Assembly (NCBI GenBank): GCA_021814695.1
Contig: JAKAHY010000006.1
Coordinates: forward strand, 49-64,048
Direction of reading: 5' to 3'
Source: a bacterium
GTDB taxonomy: Bacteria; Patescibacteriota; Minisyncoccia; UBA6257; JAGOQP01
DNA length: 64,000 nucleotides
Each line of letters begins with the position of its first letter. Position 1 is the first letter of the stretch. Below, one piece after another: positions 40,029-48,537 of this stretch. A program made the position numbers and the translations under genes. A model generated the notes under the pieces. It ran no database searches, was not told the DNA's origin, and saw only the letters and a list, made by a program, of their open reading frames with translations.

Positions 40029-40079
40029 CTTGCGATTTTTTCGTCTCTTATATAGAATATTAAATCGTAATTGCGTCAT

Positions 40080-40151
40080 GGGCGTATAGTTCAGTGGTAG
40101 AACGCTGTCCTGATAAGACAGAGGTCCCAGGTCCGATCCCTGGTGCGCCCA
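40080..40151 (+). tRNA. tRNA-Ile(GAT)
   Basis: CTGTC-CTGATAA-GACAG; the T-loop reads TCCGAT. Confidence 0.9.
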
Positions 40152-40227
40152 CAGATCTTTGCGGTCTTTAAAAATTTATAGGCGCGATTGATTCGAGCGC
40201 CGTATCGGTTCGGTTACTTAAGCTTAT

Positions 40228-40301
40228 GGGCGTTTAGCTCAGTTGGTTAGAGCGTCACATTGACATTGTGAAGGTCAGAGGTTCAACTCCTCTAACGCCC
40301 A
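40228..40301 (+). tRNA. tRNA-Val(GAC)
   Basis: TCACA-TTGACAT-TGTGA; GGTTCAACTCC. Confidence 0.95.
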
Positions 40302-40323
40302 CAAAATATATTTATCCAAAAAA

Positions 40324-40638
40324 ATGGAGTCAGAAAATTTTTTTGAAAAAAATAATCAGCAAGAAGGGCTCGATAAAAAGAGATCAGACTTGTTAGAAAA
40401 AGCTTCAATATTGGCTGGTCGTTTGGCCGGTCTTAAAGACCCGGTTTTTATTGAAAAATTTATAAAACTCAGGAGTGATTTAGTTGATAAATACGGCAAG
40501 GATGTTTTCTATCGGTGCGAGCTTTATCATAAGTTAAATAACAGCGGGATCAAAGATGGCGAGCAATCTTTTTTCGATTTGCCCGAGAACGAATTTGAGG
40601 CTTTTATTAACGAAAATATTGATATTAAAGAAAAATAA
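40324..40638 (+). CDS. Hypothetical protein (ELYHxLN motif)
   Basis: ORF in a tight operon; resembles 40976-41269. Confidence 0.65.
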   Translation: MESENFFEKNNQQEGLDKKRSDLLEKASILAGRLAGLKDPVFIEKFIKLRSDLVDKYGKDVFYRCELYHKLNNSGIKDGEQSFFDLPENEFEAFINENIDIKEK

Positions 40639-40643
40639 ACCAA

Positions 40644-40973
40644 ATGACATTTGAGGAATATCAGAAAGAATCGAGAAAGACAGCAATATATCCTAATATA
40701 GGAGATAATTTTGTATATCCGACATTAGGATTGTCCGGTGAATCGGGAGAGGTGTCTGAAAAAATAAAAAAAATTATCCGGGATAAGGGCGGAATTGTCG
40801 ATGACGTTACAAAAAAAGAAATTGCCAAAGAATTAGGAGATGTTTTGTGGTACCTGTCTCAAATAGCGTCGGAACTCGGGATTTCTCTGGAGGATGTTGC
40901 CAATGGAAATTTAGAGAAGCTTAAATCAAGATTTGAACGCGATAAAATATCAGGTAGCGGCGATAACAGATAA
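40644..40973 (+). CDS. MazG-like nucleotide pyrophosphohydrolase
   Basis: LGLSGESGEVSEKIKK...KELGDVLWY. Confidence 0.9.
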   Translation: MTFEEYQKESRKTAIYPNIGDNFVYPTLGLSGESGEVSEKIKKIIRDKGGIVDDVTKKEIAKELGDVLWYLSQIASELGISLEDVANGNLEKLKSRFERDKISGSGDNR

Positions 40974-40975
40974 TT

Positions 40976-41269
40976 ATGGCAGAAATAGGAGAAATTAATT
41001 TTGATCGCCAAAGACGTGAAAGCACCGCGGATCTTGGCGAAATTTGGCATAAAATCTTTGAGCGTAATCCGCTGGCTTTTTATAACAGAGTCCGAGTTTT
41101 TGAGCGGAATTTAAAGCTCAAATTTCCCGATTACGTGGACTATGAAATGTATCATGTGTTAAACGGAACTTCGGTTAGTCCGTCATTTTCTCTCAGAAAG
41201 GAGGACTTTCCCGGAGAATTTTCTGTACGTCGATTTTTGCACGAGGCAGAAAAAGAATTTGGCAAATAA
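40976..41269 (+). CDS. Hypothetical protein (EMYHxLN motif)
   Basis: ORF in a tight operon. Confidence 0.65.
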   Translation: MAEIGEINFDRQRRESTADLGEIWHKIFERNPLAFYNRVRVFERNLKLKFPDYVDYEMYHVLNGTSVSPSFSLRKEDFPGEFSVRRFLHEAEKEFGK

Positions 41270-41283
41270 ATCTGGCAATAAAA

Positions 41284-41985
41284 ATGAACAATCCGGAAAT
41301 AATACATTCCGACCAGTCATTGGCGGTTATTAACAAACCTGCGGGACTGCTGGTCCATTCCAGTTCTTATCAAAAAACAAAAGAGCCGACTCTTGTCGAC
41401 TGGCTTTTAAAAAAATTTCCTGAGATAAAAAAAGTCGGAGATGAAACCGAGTATCGCCCCGGGATCGTTCATCGGCTTGATAAGGAAACGTCGGGAGTCA
41501 TGCTGGTACCTCTTACGCAGGAAAAATTTTTTTATCTTAAGAAACTGTTTCAGGAAAAAGGAGTCAAAAAAACATATCTGGCGATAGTTCGCGGATGGCT
41601 TAAGGAGCCCAAAGGAATAATAGAAAAAAGTATCGGAATAAAATCGGGAACAACCAAGAGGACGGTTTATTCGTCCAAGATGGTTAAAGAAGCGGTAACC
41701 GAATATGAGCTGGTCAGAAATTTTGAAAATAACGGTGAAAAATTGGCGCTTGTAAAAGTCTATCCGAAAACCGGAAGAACCCATCAAATTCGAGTTCATA
41801 TGGCTTATATTGGCCATCCGGTGATAGGCGATACGCTTTATGGAGGAAAGGAAAATTCTAAACTTGCCCCAAGACAGATGCTTCATTGTTTTTCGCTGGA
41901 GTTTTCCAAGGAATCCGGGCAGAAGGTGAGATACGAAGCGGAACCGCCGGAAGATTTTAAAGCTATTGTTGGCGTAATTTTATAA
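41284..41985 (+). CDS. RluA-family pseudouridine synthase
   Basis: NKPAGLLVH, HRLDKETSG, TGRTHQIRVH. Confidence 0.95.
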   Translation: MNNPEIIHSDQSLAVINKPAGLLVHSSSYQKTKEPTLVDWLLKKFPEIKKVGDETEYRPGIVHRLDKETSGVMLVPLTQEKFFYLKKLFQEKGVKKTYLAIVRGWLKEPKGIIEKSIGIKSGTTKRTVYSSKMVKEAVTEYELVRNFENNGEKLALVKVYPKTGRTHQIRVHMAYIGHPVIGDTLYGGKENSKLAPRQMLHCFSLEFSKESGQKVRYEAEPPEDFKAIVGVIL

Positions 41986-42042
41986 GATTTTACTTTTAAA
42001 ATTCTTGTGATAAAATAGGCACAAATTATTAAATAATATTTT

Positions 42043-42738
42043 ATGGGGAAAGAAAGACCGGTTGCATCCGATCAGTTGGCGGAATTGGATAAAGTAATAA
42101 AAAAGGTTAAAAGGGAAACTAAGGCTTCCGAAAAAGCGAAAGCCGAAAGAGGTGGCAAACTCAAGACCGAGTCTGTTGCCGAAAAGAAATCGGAAAAAGG
42201 TGCCGATAATAAATTGGGGAGCGAACAAGCAAATAAGGAATTCAAAAATAAACCCAAAGATAAAGAAATCTCAAGCGAGGAAATAAAAAAATCAGAAAAT
42301 GTCAGCCCGGAGATGGAAAAAGACATGAATGATTTGGTCATCGGTGAACAGGAATTGGCTCAACTTAAAAAGGAGTTGGAAGATATAGTCTCCATAAATC
42401 CTGAAGAGATGATGTTTAAAGGGCTTTCGACCGAGAGGGACCGCAGGAATTTGCATGAAAGTATGTCCAAAAAAGCAAGAAAGAGTTTTGATAAAAAAGC
42501 AAAGGAGGTTGAAAAACTTAAAGAGAGAATCAACGCCAGAAAAGAACTTGATGAAAAAAAGGGAAAACTTGAAGAGTATAAAACCGGACTTGAGAGTGCC
42601 AGCATGAGCGCTAAGCCAATGGAGTCCGCTTACTACGAAGACCTTATAGAAAGTACCGGAAGAGACATAAAAAATCTTAATAAAAAAGTAAAAGGGGGTT
42701 TTTGGAAAAAGTTTTATAGCTTTATCAGCGGTAAATAG
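42043..42738 (+). CDS. Hypothetical K/E-rich coiled-coil protein
   Basis: Long charged ORF ending in an amphipathic GFWKKFYSF segment. Confidence 0.6.
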   Translation: MGKERPVASDQLAELDKVIKKVKRETKASEKAKAERGGKLKTESVAEKKSEKGADNKLGSEQANKEFKNKPKDKEISSEEIKKSENVSPEMEKDMNDLVIGEQELAQLKKELEDIVSINPEEMMFKGLSTERDRRNLHESMSKKARKSFDKKAKEVEKLKERINARKELDEKKGKLEEYKTGLESASMSAKPMESAYYEDLIESTGRDIKNLNKKVKGGFWKKFYSFISGK

Positions 42739-42742
42739 AGAT

Positions 42743-43039
42743 TTAATCGAAAATCGGCCGGAGTCTTTGACCCCGCACCTTTTCACTGCTTAGGCTGCGC
42801 CTGGTTATTATTTTCAGTTTAGAATAAACACGGCCATAAGATTTTAGATTTCTTTCCCTATCAATAACATCACCTTGTGAGACATAACCTTCTAGATAAA
42901 TAATTAACCATTTATCGCTTATTTTGGCATACATAGGCTTACCGCTGACATATCCTAATATTCCTCTCGAAACATCGTTTGTATAACCAATATGCAACTT
43001 GTCATAGATTTCATTTTTGAGAACATAAACATAATACAT
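42743..43039 (-). CDS. GIY-YIG endonuclease, degenerate copy
   Basis: MYYVYVL...HIGYT; conserved R..H replaced (RGILGY versus KRISEH in the second copy). Confidence 0.7.
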   Translation of the reverse strand: MYYVYVLKNEIYDKLHIGYTNDVSRGILGYVSGKPMYAKISDKWLIIYLEGYVSQGDVIDRERNLKSYGRVYSKLKIITRRSLSSEKVRGQRLRPIFD

Positions 43040-43111
43040 ACATAAATAACAAAGCAGTGGAAAGGTGCGGGATTGACACAACCACCACTTTTCTAGTAGT
43101 ATCTTTCCATT

Positions 43112-43438
43112 ATGATAGTTAAAGAAATTGCCGAAAAAATAAAACCGGGGGCTTCAATAATAGTGGTTGAGCGCATTAAGGAAAAAGAAAAGGAGCGCCA
43201 GAGCCAATTTAAGGGAGTCGTGCTTTCGGTTAAGCATGGTAGACAGGGCGGGGCCACTTTTACGGTCAGGGCCATTTTGGGAGGAGTTGGGGTGGAAAAA
43301 ATATACCCATTTAATTCACCTAGTATTACTTCGGTTAAGGTTCTCTCAAGCCCCACAAAAGTAAAAAAATCAAAACTATATTTCTTGCGCAATGTGTCCA
43401 AGAAAAAATCTCGCCAGAAAATCGGAGTAACGGCGTAA
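43112..43438 (+). CDS. rplS: 50S ribosomal protein L19
   Basis: FKGVV...TFTVR...GVGVEKIYP..SP...KSKLYFLR. Confidence 0.95.
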   Translation: MIVKEIAEKIKPGASIIVVERIKEKEKERQSQFKGVVLSVKHGRQGGATFTVRAILGGVGVEKIYPFNSPSITSVKVLSSPTKVKKSKLYFLRNVSKKKSRQKIGVTA

Positions 43439-43530
43439 GACGCGGATTTATACGCCTGCCTGCCGGCAGGCAGGGATTAAACGGATTTATGCGAATAAAA
43501 AAAGAGGGCACTGCCCTCTTTTTCATTTTG

Positions 43531-43616
43531 TGCGCGGGAGAGGACTCGAACCTCCACGGGACGTAATGCCCGCTACCACCTCAAGGTAGTGCGTCTACCA
43601 GTTTCGCCACCCGCGC
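43531..43616 (-). tRNA. tRNA-Leu(GAG)
   Basis: Minus strand CTACC-TTGAGGT-GGTAG; long variable arm. Confidence 0.95.
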
Positions 43617-43905
43617 ATTATTAACCAAATCTTGAGATATTTTGCCTTAATGGCGGCAAATAATCAATAGGAAAGTGATAAAAACGTCAGATTTTAGTAG
43701 CTTGACAGAATTATTATAGTATGCTAATATATGACCATAATCGGAGTGGAGGAGGAATTGTCCAAGTCCACAATCCGATCAGCACATTGACCGAGAGATC
43801 GTCAGCCGGCGAAAGTTGGCAAGCGATTTCTCACTATCACGTCCCGATTGGAGTCGGGACAGCCCTCCTACGTGCGGGAGCACTACGGAGGACAAGGGAG
43901 ACAAC

Positions 43906-44649
43906 ATGGCCAAGAAAGCGACCAAGCAGAACCCCGCAGTCAACCTGAAGGTGTACGTGAAGCTCGACCCCGAGGCGCAGGTGATGTTCAACCACCAGCG
44001 TCGCGACCAGGCCGTCAGCTTCCCCGCCGTGGTGGCGACCGTCGCGACCATGATCAAGGGCGGCAGCGACATCACCGGCGCGCAGGAGGACGACAAGTAC
44101 GTCGTCACCCTGGACGCCGGACAGCTCGCCGAGGTGTTCGCCGAGGCGCGCGAGTACCAGGCGACGCTCCCGGCCACCGTGGAGATCGCCAAGCAGGCGA
44201 TCTCGACCGCCGATCAGGCGATCGAGTTCGCTCGCAAGAACAACAGCGGGCTCGACCTGTCGCAGGCCGAGGCCAAGCTGAGCACGGCGCAGGCCATGCT
44301 CAAGAGGCTGGTGTTCGGCAAGAAGAGCGACGACTTCCGCGAGGTGGTGGAGACGGCGCACGATGCCGCCAACACCGCCAAGCAGGCCGTCGTCGACCTG
44401 CTCAAGGTCAAGGCCGCCGGCCTCGCCAAGGAGACCGACACGCTCGACGAGTTGTCGCTCGTCCTCTCCGACCTCCCCAGCGACCTCGACCAGGCCCGCA
44501 AGGCCTTGGTCGAGTTCGTCAAGACGGCTCGTACGCTCCGCGTCCCGGCCCGCCCGGCCAACACCAACAAGCCGAACGATGGCCACCTGCGCGAGCGCGT
44601 CGGAACCGGCGTGTTCGGCCGCACCGGCGGCTACACCGGCCGCAAGTAG
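43906..44649 (+). CDS. Hypothetical helical protein, extremely GC3-rich
   Basis: SD AAGGGAG, ATG 43906; nearly all codons end in G/C; terminator at about 44697-44733. Confidence 0.8.
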   Translation: MAKKATKQNPAVNLKVYVKLDPEAQVMFNHQRRDQAVSFPAVVATVATMIKGGSDITGAQEDDKYVVTLDAGQLAEVFAEAREYQATLPATVEIAKQAISTADQAIEFARKNNSGLDLSQAEAKLSTAQAMLKRLVFGKKSDDFREVVETAHDAANTAKQAVVDLLKVKAAGLAKETDTLDELSLVLSDLPSDLDQARKALVEFVKTARTLRVPARPANTNKPNDGHLRERVGTGVFGRTGGYTGRK

Positions 44650-44947
44650 GCCCTCTCACCCCTGACGAATCTTTCGTCAGGAACTCCAACAACCCGAACC
44701 TCAGGCAATCCCGCCTGAGGTTCTTACTTTTTTCCTGGGAGCATAGCTCCAATCGCTGAAAGGTGCGGGATTTTTATTAAATACGGATTTATACGGATAC
44801 GAGAGTATTTGACACAACAATGATTTTGGTATATTATATAGACAGTATATTCAAATAGTAGGAATGAGCTGACTAACCATATGAATCCGTGTTGCAATGT
44901 GAATAGTCAGCTCGTTCCTACAAAGAGCAGAAAGAAAGGAGAATGCG

Positions 44948-45718
44948 ATGTACGACGATAGGAGAGAGGTTAAAGACCCGATGTTCCAGTTTTTTCTGGA
45001 ACAGCAGCGCCACCAGGGTGCCGGATTTGGAATTATGTCCGAGATTTGCACCCTTTCCCGGGAACATCACCAGGCGGTTCTCAAACAGGACTGGCCGGGA
45101 GCTGATGAGCTCGAGGACAAGATGCGGGCCAAGTGGATGGCTTTGACCCAGAAGAACATCATGGGCCGGACCCACATCAAGATTGCCGAAATGTCGGCAA
45201 CCGAGATGCTGGAAGCGTTTTTTGTCCGGGAGGTGTTCTGGGAGATTGCTACAAATCGGACATCGAGTTTCAATCCTTCAGATTTCAAGAAGTACGCGGA
45301 GACATGGTCGGAAGCGTTCCAACTTCCGAAAGATTCTCCCATCGATTACCAGTGGATTATCGCCGGCTGGTTGGACGCCGCCAGTGAGATCTACAAGATG
45401 TTGGTGATTCTGATCAACAGCAGGTATTACTCGGATGGAGATAAATTGTCCATCTGGGAGAGCTACTGCGCGCTCCTCTCTGCTGTTCATGAGGCTTTTG
45501 CTCTCTACGAGCTGATCGCCTCCAGCGTCATCGACAACGGGCAGGGACGTGTGCCCTGGCCAATGACGTTTCGCGGCAAGATGCAAAAGCTCCAAAACCA
45601 CATTACCGAAACTCACGAAAGGATTCAGTATTATCGTGAGCGGACCGCGGACAGGGTGGATCGCGAGGTCCTCATGTCCAAGATCGAAGCCGTGATTGGT
45701 CTCCTTTCCCGCAAGTAA
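44948..45718 (+). CDS. Hypothetical protein (GC-rich orphan)
   Basis: SD GAAAGGAG, TTGACA promoter at 44809, terminator GGGTTGC-GAAA-GCAACCC plus T-run. Confidence 0.7.
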   Translation: MYDDRREVKDPMFQFFLEQQRHQGAGFGIMSEICTLSREHHQAVLKQDWPGADELEDKMRAKWMALTQKNIMGRTHIKIAEMSATEMLEAFFVREVFWEIATNRTSSFNPSDFKKYAETWSEAFQLPKDSPIDYQWIIAGWLDAASEIYKMLVILINSRYYSDGDKLSIWESYCALLSAVHEAFALYELIASSVIDNGQGRVPWPMTFRGKMQKLQNHITETHERIQYYRERTADRVDREVLMSKIEAVIGLLSRK

Positions 45719-45911
45719 GCGGGGCCGGGTTGCGAAAGCAACCCATTTTTTTATCCCGCACCTTTAATTTTCAATTAAAACAGGACGAGTAAAACTCGAG
45801 CAAACTAAAGGTGCGGGATAATCCTCCGAAGCTTTATGCAAAGGAGGATTCATAGACCGTTTGCCTTTAGGTGATATTTTTCATAGAATAAAACTTACCT
45901 ACACCAGCTTT

Positions 45912-47060
45912 ATGAAAAGAGAACACATTGTCGCCAAAGATCCGGACAGCGAAAAACTCCTTTCCGAACTCAAACAAAGGGAAGACACTAACGGGCTAAG
46001 AATGCGTCGGTTGATTGAACTTCCGGATTTATCCAGAAAAGAAAATTCTCCCATAAAATTTATAGTAGACAGGATTTTGGGGATCAAAGATTTTGAAAAT
46101 TTTGATATATTGGAATTTCCCGAAATTGTCAGTGTGCGGGACAATTTTGACTTGCTTAACGCTCCGGCCGACCACCCCAGCCGAAAAGAAACCGATACTT
46201 ATTATGTGGACAAAGACCATGTTTTAAGAACTCAAACGACCGTAATGTGGCCGTATTATCTCCAGCGGCCGGACACTTTGGATAAACTGAATAACGAAGG
46301 AGAGGTCGGCTTATTGAGCTATGGCAAGGTCTATAGAAAGGACGAAATAGACAGGAATCATTTTCCGATATTTCATCAGGTGGACGGACTTTATATTTGT
46401 AAAAAAGAGAAAAAGATTTTGGGAATTCCCGAATTGCAGGAAGTGCTTTCGGCTATTACTAAAGCTATCTACGGAGAATCGGTTGAATATAGATTTTTGG
46501 AAGACACATTTCCTTTCACGGATCCAAGCACTCAGATTGAAATTAAGGTGGGCGATGCATGGCTTGAAGTTGTCGGTGCCGGAGTTGTTCATACTCAAGT
46601 TTTAAAAAATTTGAATATTGACCCGGAAATTTACAACGGGTGGGCATTCGGTTTCGGGTTGGAACGCCTGGCAATGGTGAAAAACGGAATTTCCGATATC
46701 AGAGTTTTCTGGTCCGATGACCCAAGAATTACGAGCCAGTTTAAGGATATAAACAGTCAATATAAAGAAGTCAGCAAATTTCCGATGACTTACCGTGATA
46801 TTTCATTTGTTGTCAATAAAAATATAAGCCTCAACAATTATTACGAGATTGTCAGGGACTGTGCGGGCAACCTGGTTGAGGAAGTAAAGCTTTCGGACCA
46901 GTATGAAGACGTCATAAAATTCGGCGCGGATAAAATCAGTTATACATTCAGGATTGTTTATCGCTCTCCCGAAAGGACATTAACCAATGAAGAAGTTAAT
47001 CAGATTCAGGACAGGATTATTCAAAAAACAGCCCAGGAGTTGAATGCGACAATAAGGTAA
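45912..47060 (+). CDS. pheS: Phenylalanine-tRNA ligase, alpha catalytic domain fused to FDX-ACB
   Basis: NFDLLNAPADHPSR, LRTQTT, VYRKDEID..H.PIFHQ, FPFTDPS, GWAFGFGLERLAM, then RDISF...YRSPERTLTNEEV. Confidence 0.9.
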   Translation: MKREHIVAKDPDSEKLLSELKQREDTNGLRMRRLIELPDLSRKENSPIKFIVDRILGIKDFENFDILEFPEIVSVRDNFDLLNAPADHPSRKETDTYYVDKDHVLRTQTTVMWPYYLQRPDTLDKLNNEGEVGLLSYGKVYRKDEIDRNHFPIFHQVDGLYICKKEKKILGIPELQEVLSAITKAIYGESVEYRFLEDTFPFTDPSTQIEIKVGDAWLEVVGAGVVHTQVLKNLNIDPEIYNGWAFGFGLERLAMVKNGISDIRVFWSDDPRITSQFKDINSQYKEVSKFPMTYRDISFVVNKNISLNNYYEIVRDCAGNLVEEVKLSDQYEDVIKFGADKISYTFRIVYRSPERTLTNEEVNQIQDRIIQKTAQELNATIR

Positions 47061-47086
47061 AATACCCGCACCTTTTTAATAGTGGG

Positions 47087-47407
47087 TCAATCATCAAAAT
47101 TGAAACAATAAGACATCCCACAAGTGCGGGATTTTTGTCCCGCACCTTTCAGCCACTGAAGGCTACGCCAGATCCTTCTTTTTAGATTTGAATAGGTTTT
47201 TCCATACGCCTTAAGTTGCTGCTCTCTATAGGAAGCATCGTATCGTGAGGTGTAGCCTTCAAAATAAACTAGAGACCATACATTGCTTCTTTTGGTGTAT
47301 ATCGATTTACCGCTATTATGTTCCGAAATTCTTTTAACTAAGTTATTTGTGTATCCTATATATACTTTGTTATCCAACTTATTTTTTAGAATATAAACAT
47401 AATACAT
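47087..47407 (-). CDS. GIY-YIG endonuclease
   Basis: MYYVYIL...YIGYTNNLVKRISEHNSG...YFE...A..RE..LK. Confidence 0.88.
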   Translation of the reverse strand: MYYVYILKNKLDNKVYIGYTNNLVKRISEHNSGKSIYTKRSNVWSLVYFEGYTSRYDASYREQQLKAYGKTYSNLKRRIWRSLQWLKGAGQKSRTCGMSYCFNFDD

Positions 47408-47499
47408 ATTATTATAATAACACGTAGCCGAAAGGTGCGGGATTTTTGTTTATTAGCCAATTTGCTATTATGGGTAGTAAGTAATTAATATAAAATTAT

Positions 47500-48522
47500 A
47501 TGAAAGTAGCCATAAATGGTTTTGGTAGAATAGGCCGGTTGTTTTTTAGGCAGGCTTGGGGCAATCCGGATTTGGAGATTGTCGCCATTAACGATTTGGG
47601 AAATGTTGATGACCTTGCTTATTTGTTGAAACGAGACACCGTCTACAGGACTTGGGATGTTGATGTTAAAGGCGACGCCTCAAAAGGCGCTCTGATTGTC
47701 GGAGGCAAGGAGATAAAATTTTTACAGCAAAAAGATGCCACCCAACTTCCTTGGGGCACTCTTGGTATCGATGTTGTTATAGAGTCAACTGGAGTTTTCG
47801 AATCATACGAAAAAGCCAAAGTGCATCTGGATGCGGGCGCAAAAAGAGTTGTAATAACAGCACCGGCTAAAGATGCGGATGGTGAGCTAGGCCAGACAAT
47901 TTTGGTTGGAGTTAACGAAGAAAAACTGGGCGTCTGCAAAATTTCATCAAACGGTTCCTGCACAACCAATTCGGCATCGCCGGTTATTGCCGTGCTGTCG
48001 GAAAATCCCGGAATTGAAAAAGCGATTTTAACCACGGTTCACTCTTATACAGCGACACAATCCTTGGTTGATGGTCCGGTAAAAGGAGAAGATTTCAGAA
48101 GGGGCAGGGCCGCGGCTCAAAACATAGTGCCTTCGACTACCGGTGCGGCCATAGCCGTTTCAAGAGCTTTGCCTGAGCTTGTAGATAAATTTGACGGCAT
48201 AGCGGTAAGAGTTCCTTCGGTAACCGGTTCGACTTCGGATATAACATTTATATCAAAGCGTCCGACAACTGTAGAAGAAATAAATTCAATTTTGAAAGCA
48301 GCTGCCGCTTTACCCCGTTGGCAAGGGATACTTACGGTCAGTGAAGAGCCATTGGTTTCATCCGATATTATCGGCATGCCTTACGGGGCTATTGTTGATA
48401 TGAAGTTTACCAAAGTTGTCGGCGGCAATCTGGTTAAAGTCCTTTCCTGGTACGACAATGAATGGGGATATGTCTCAACTCTCATAAAACATCTTAAAAA
48501 AGTTAAAGACGTAATAAAATAA
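47500..48522 (+). CDS. gap: Glyceraldehyde-3-phosphate dehydrogenase
   Basis: AINGFGRIGR, SCTTN, SWYDNEWGY. Confidence 0.97.
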   Translation: MKVAINGFGRIGRLFFRQAWGNPDLEIVAINDLGNVDDLAYLLKRDTVYRTWDVDVKGDASKGALIVGGKEIKFLQQKDATQLPWGTLGIDVVIESTGVFESYEKAKVHLDAGAKRVVITAPAKDADGELGQTILVGVNEEKLGVCKISSNGSCTTNSASPVIAVLSENPGIEKAILTTVHSYTATQSLVDGPVKGEDFRRGRAAAQNIVPSTTGAAIAVSRALPELVDKFDGIAVRVPSVTGSTSDITFISKRPTTVEEINSILKAAAALPRWQGILTVSEEPLVSSDIIGMPYGAIVDMKFTKVVGGNLVKVLSWYDNEWGYVSTLIKHLKKVKDVIK

Positions 48523-48537
48523 TCCATTTTTATCTTT

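Larger units (their letters stand above)
42771..47443. repeat. Dispersed AAAGGTGCGGGAT repeats in both orientations
   Basis: Forward copies at 43061, 44759, 45807, 47122 (variant) and 47431; reverse copies at 42771, 45753, 47065 and 47138. Confidence 0.9.

Noticed and set aside
40128-40140. tRNA-Ile T-loop TCCGAT instead of TTCGAT as a pseudogene sign
   Set aside because: All stems pair and the anticodon is intact; treated as a tolerated variant.
43779-44759. Several long overlapping ORFs in other frames and strands
   Set aside because: These are shadow ORFs caused by extreme GC3. Only 43906-44649 has an SD, codon periodicity and a terminator.
42771-47443. AAAGGTGCGGGAT repeats or heptamer arrays as a CRISPR array
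   Set aside because: Too short, irregularly spaced, in both orientations, and no cas genes present.
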